Positions 61,118 through 64,000 of a DNA stretch of 64,000 nucleotides are shown piece after piece. A model generated the notes under the pieces. The model was not told where the DNA came from. It worked only from the letters and a program-made list of their open reading frames with translations, and ran no database searches. A program made the position numbers and the translations under genes. Source of the DNA: Sedimentisphaerales bacterium (GTDB lineage: Bacteria; Planctomycetota; Phycisphaerae; Sedimentisphaerales; Anaerobacaceae); the NCBI GenBank assembly GCA_963708075.1, contig OY970194.1, forward strand, positions 7,451,526 through 7,515,525. Direction: 5' to 3'. Position 1 is the stretch's first letter, and every line of letters starts with the position of its first letter.

Positions 61118-62116
61118 ATGATTGAGATTGTCCATGTGGGTATTGGTCCTCTGGGGCAGATGATGGTCAGATCCGCGGCGTCGCGCGGGGGCTTTCGGAT
61201 CGTGGCAGCGGTGGATACCGACCCCGCCAAGACAGGCAAAGACCTCGGTGAACTGTGTGGAATCAAGCGGCTTGGCATCCCGGTTTCCGGCAGTCTCGAC
61301 GAGGCGATCCAAGGCAAATCGGCGCAGGTTGCCGTGCTCACCACGGTCAGCGGCTTGGCGGCGATTGAGCCACAGGTGGCCCAGATTGCACGCGCGAAGC
61401 TGCATATTGTCTCTACGTGCGAGGAGCTTTTCTACCCGTGGCGCACGCAGCCCGGGCTTGCACAGCGGATCGACAAGATCTGCCGGGACGCCGGCGTTGC
61501 CTGTGTCGGCACGGGCGTCAATCCAGGCTACCTGATGGATTTCCTTCCGACCACGCTCAGCGGCCTGTGCCAGAAGGTCACCGGCGTGCGGGTGTGGCGG
61601 ATTCAGGACGCCTCCATTCGACGGATTCCGTTCCAGCAGAAAATCGGGGCCGGTCTGACCCCGGCGGAATTCGAGGCCAAGCGCAAGGCGGGCACCCTCC
61701 GGCACGTGGGCCTGCCCGAGTCGGTGGACTTCATCGCCGCACGGTTCGGCTGGAGACTCGACAGAAACACCGAAAGCCTGGAGCCGGTAATGGCGGAGCA
61801 AACCATCACTTCCGGCTACAAGCCAATCGCCAAAGGGATGGCTCGCGGCGTGTACCAGGTAGGCCGCGGCTTCGTCGGCGACAATGAGGTAATCACGCTG
61901 ACATTCAAAGCCGCCGTCGGTGAGCCGGAGTCTTATGAGGAGGTCCGGATCGAGGGCGATCCGACGTTCAGCTCAAGAATCGCCGGCGGCATCAATGGGG
62001 ACATCGCCACCTGTGCCGTGACGCTCAATACCGTGCGTTCGATTCTCAGCGCCGGTCCCGGCCTCAAGACCATGGCCGACCTGCCCGCCTCGTCCTGGTT
62101 TGCCGTGTCCCCGTAG
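61118..62116 (+). CDS. DapB-like NAD(P)-dependent dehydrogenase (2,4-diaminopentanoate/amine dehydrogenase family)
   Basis: 'GIGPLG', 'STCEEL', 'GTGVNPG..MD', 'HVGL.ES' and 'GDIAT'. Confidence 0.8.
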   Translation: MIEIVHVGIGPLGQMMVRSAASRGGFRIVAAVDTDPAKTGKDLGELCGIKRLGIPVSGSLDEAIQGKSAQVAVLTTVSGLAAIEPQVAQIARAKLHIVSTCEELFYPWRTQPGLAQRIDKICRDAGVACVGTGVNPGYLMDFLPTTLSGLCQKVTGVRVWRIQDASIRRIPFQQKIGAGLTPAEFEAKRKAGTLRHVGLPESVDFIAARFGWRLDRNTESLEPVMAEQTITSGYKPIAKGMARGVYQVGRGFVGDNEVITLTFKAAVGEPESYEEVRIEGDPTFSSRIAGGINGDIATCAVTLNTVRSILSAGPGLKTMADLPASSWFAVSP

Positions 62117-62843
62117 GCAGAGGCCGTGCCCGGTGCCCCGAGTTCTTTCAAGGTGAGGAAACCAGGGGTGGCAGCGGCAAGCGGAGCCGTTCATGGACCT
62201 TTGGCGCACCCAAAGAGGATGAAAATGCCATGCTCTTCGTAGGTCGTGCGTCCTCGCACGACCTTGGGCGAGCGGGGACGCTCGCCCTACGCGGAGATCT
62301 GTCCGGCGTATTTTCAGAGGAGCCTGCGGAGCTTGCCGATGGTTTGCCCGTTCGCCATCGGCAAAGCCTTCGGCCTTGCCGATGCCACCCGAGCGTGAAG
62401 ACGTTAGCTTGAATACCTGAGAGTCAATAGCGTGAACCCTCCCCTTCGCCGGGTGGCACCGCCAAACTCGTTTGACGGTGCTCATTCGACCGAGTCTGGT
62501 CAATCGAAACCCCACGGGCAAACGAGTTTGCCCGTGCCACCCGGGTCTCGGCCTTTCCAGGCTAAACAGGTACTACGCTTTGCCGGGTGCCATGCTTACG
62601 CCGGCGTAAGCATGCCTTATCTCGTCGATGGAGCATGTCCACGCAAGCGTGAACACGGCACCTGCGAGATAGTCAGTGTCCGGCCAGATTGGCGGTGGCC
62701 GACGGGTGGCAGCGTCAAGGCCGAAGGCCTTGGCGATGGTCCTACGCACGGGAAAGCCGCCATCGCCAAGCTGCGTTTGGCGATGCCACCCATGGCACAT
62801 TGCAGGGGTGTTATCCTGGCAGGCGGGAAATCGAACCAAGCCG

Positions 62844-63756
62844 TTAACAGCGCGTCCTGCGAGACTGCCCTGGCCGGCCTTTGCCTTTCCGTTGACCTGG
62901 CTGGCGGAAGTTCTCCGGGAAGTTGAGGTACGCGTAGGAGCCGTGGAGCTCGTAGGCCTTGCGGTCACGGGCCTTGGCCGCCTCGACCGGGTCGTCAAAG
63001 AGCCCGAGGTAGTAATACACCCCGCGGCAGGTGATCCCCGCTCTCCATTTGTTCCCTTTGGGATACACGCCGACGAACCCGGAGGCCCCGCCGCAAGGCC
63101 GCGAGTTGGCGCGATTCTGCGCCGCCGTGCAGAACCGCAGATTGCAGCGCCGGTTGTTCAGGCCGTTGCCGTCGAAGTGGTCCACGAGATAGCCCTTGCG
63201 CGGGCCCATGACCATGCGGTGCATGTACACCGTTCGTCCCTTCGTGTGGCAGACGGCGTAGATCCTGCGGCCGTGGCGGTACGCGTACCACTTGTACTTG
63301 CTGAGCTTGCGGTAGTCTGCCGCGTCGACGGTGGCGAACAGCCCTTGTCCCACCGGGATGCGCCGAACGGTGGGGTCGGACTCATCGCCCGTCGGGGCCG
63401 CGTGGCTCTGCGCCGGTTTCGCTCGGGGCCGCCTCCAGCATTTCGCCTTGAAGTTCCGGCACATCCCTGTCGGCATGACCTCGCGCAACGCGCCGCCGCT
63501 GTCCGGGTGATTCGTGCACAGCAGGAAGGTGGGCAGACTCGCCAGCTTGTCCAACCGGCGCCGCGTGTCGGGCGGCCGACAACTGTGCGCACAACTGGCA
63601 CCGGCCCACGAAGAACCGGGCGGTCTCCCAGTCCCACAGCTTCCCCCGGCAGCACTCGGGCCACAACTCGCTCTCCGGCGGCGGCAGGTGCCGGGGTCGC
63701 TTGCTCGCCACCAGACCCTGACCCCCGACCCCCTGGTGTCTCTCGCCCTTGCTCAT
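62844..63756 (-). CDS. HNH-AP2 endonuclease-like protein with Cys-rich N-terminus; apparent frameshift at ~63598
   Basis: 'MHR...VDHFDGNGLNNRRCNLR.CT..QN' (HNH) and 'YLGLF....EAA.ARD......G..A.LNFP' (AP2). The upstream ATG 63756 has an RBS and joins through a frame change in 'GRC..CAHSC'. Confidence 0.8.
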
Positions 63757-63938
63757 GGCTCTCCCCTTCAATAGAGAAAATCCGAATCTCGAAACACGAA
63801 ATCCGAAACAAATCCGAATGACCGAAATCCCAAGGTCCCAAACCGCCACGGCGAAACGCCCGTTTCGAATGTGAGCCATTTGGGCCTTCGTGCTTGTTTC
63901 GAATTTCGACATTCGGATTTCGAATTTGCCATATGTCT

Positions 63939-63967
63939 ATGGTATATTCACCATGCCTCGCTGTCAA
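63939..63967 (-). promoter_or_regulatory. Putative sigma70 promoter of the HNH-AP2 gene
   Basis: TTGACA-N17-TACCAT. Confidence 0.5.
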
Positions 63968-64000
63968 CACAAATATCCACAAAATGCCATTGTTGTATAC

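Overview
A GC-rich bacterial chromosomal window. Its gene and repeat content suggests a planctomycete of the Phycisphaerae type, but that is inference only. Housekeeping genes are typA, acylphosphatase, cmk, plsC, ispH, rpsA, ispG, degP, bioY and tRNA-Gln(CUG). They are interleaved with three ECF sigma/anti-sigma pairs, glycan-degradation genes, a quinol-dependent NO reductase and accessory cassettes set among dense short repeats. Two IS elements each interrupt a gene whose frame can be restored. An IS630 splits a SIR2-NTPase-helical-repeat candidate defence gene, and an ISAs1 splits a secreted peptidase-S74 fibre-like gene. Other signals: (i) a cas-less array of eight ~19-bp repeats whose spacers contain pieces of other repeat families; (ii) a ~31-bp dyad site that occurs in direct pairs around accessory genes; (iii) an NLR-like protein with near-identical 126-bp repeats inside 116-bp inverted repeats; (iv) two ECF promoter motifs readable from the sequence; (v) four or five frameshifts that all appear as GAGAACC where GAGACC restores the frame, hinting at a DNA-modification-linked sequencing error. 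All calls were made by eye, without database searches.
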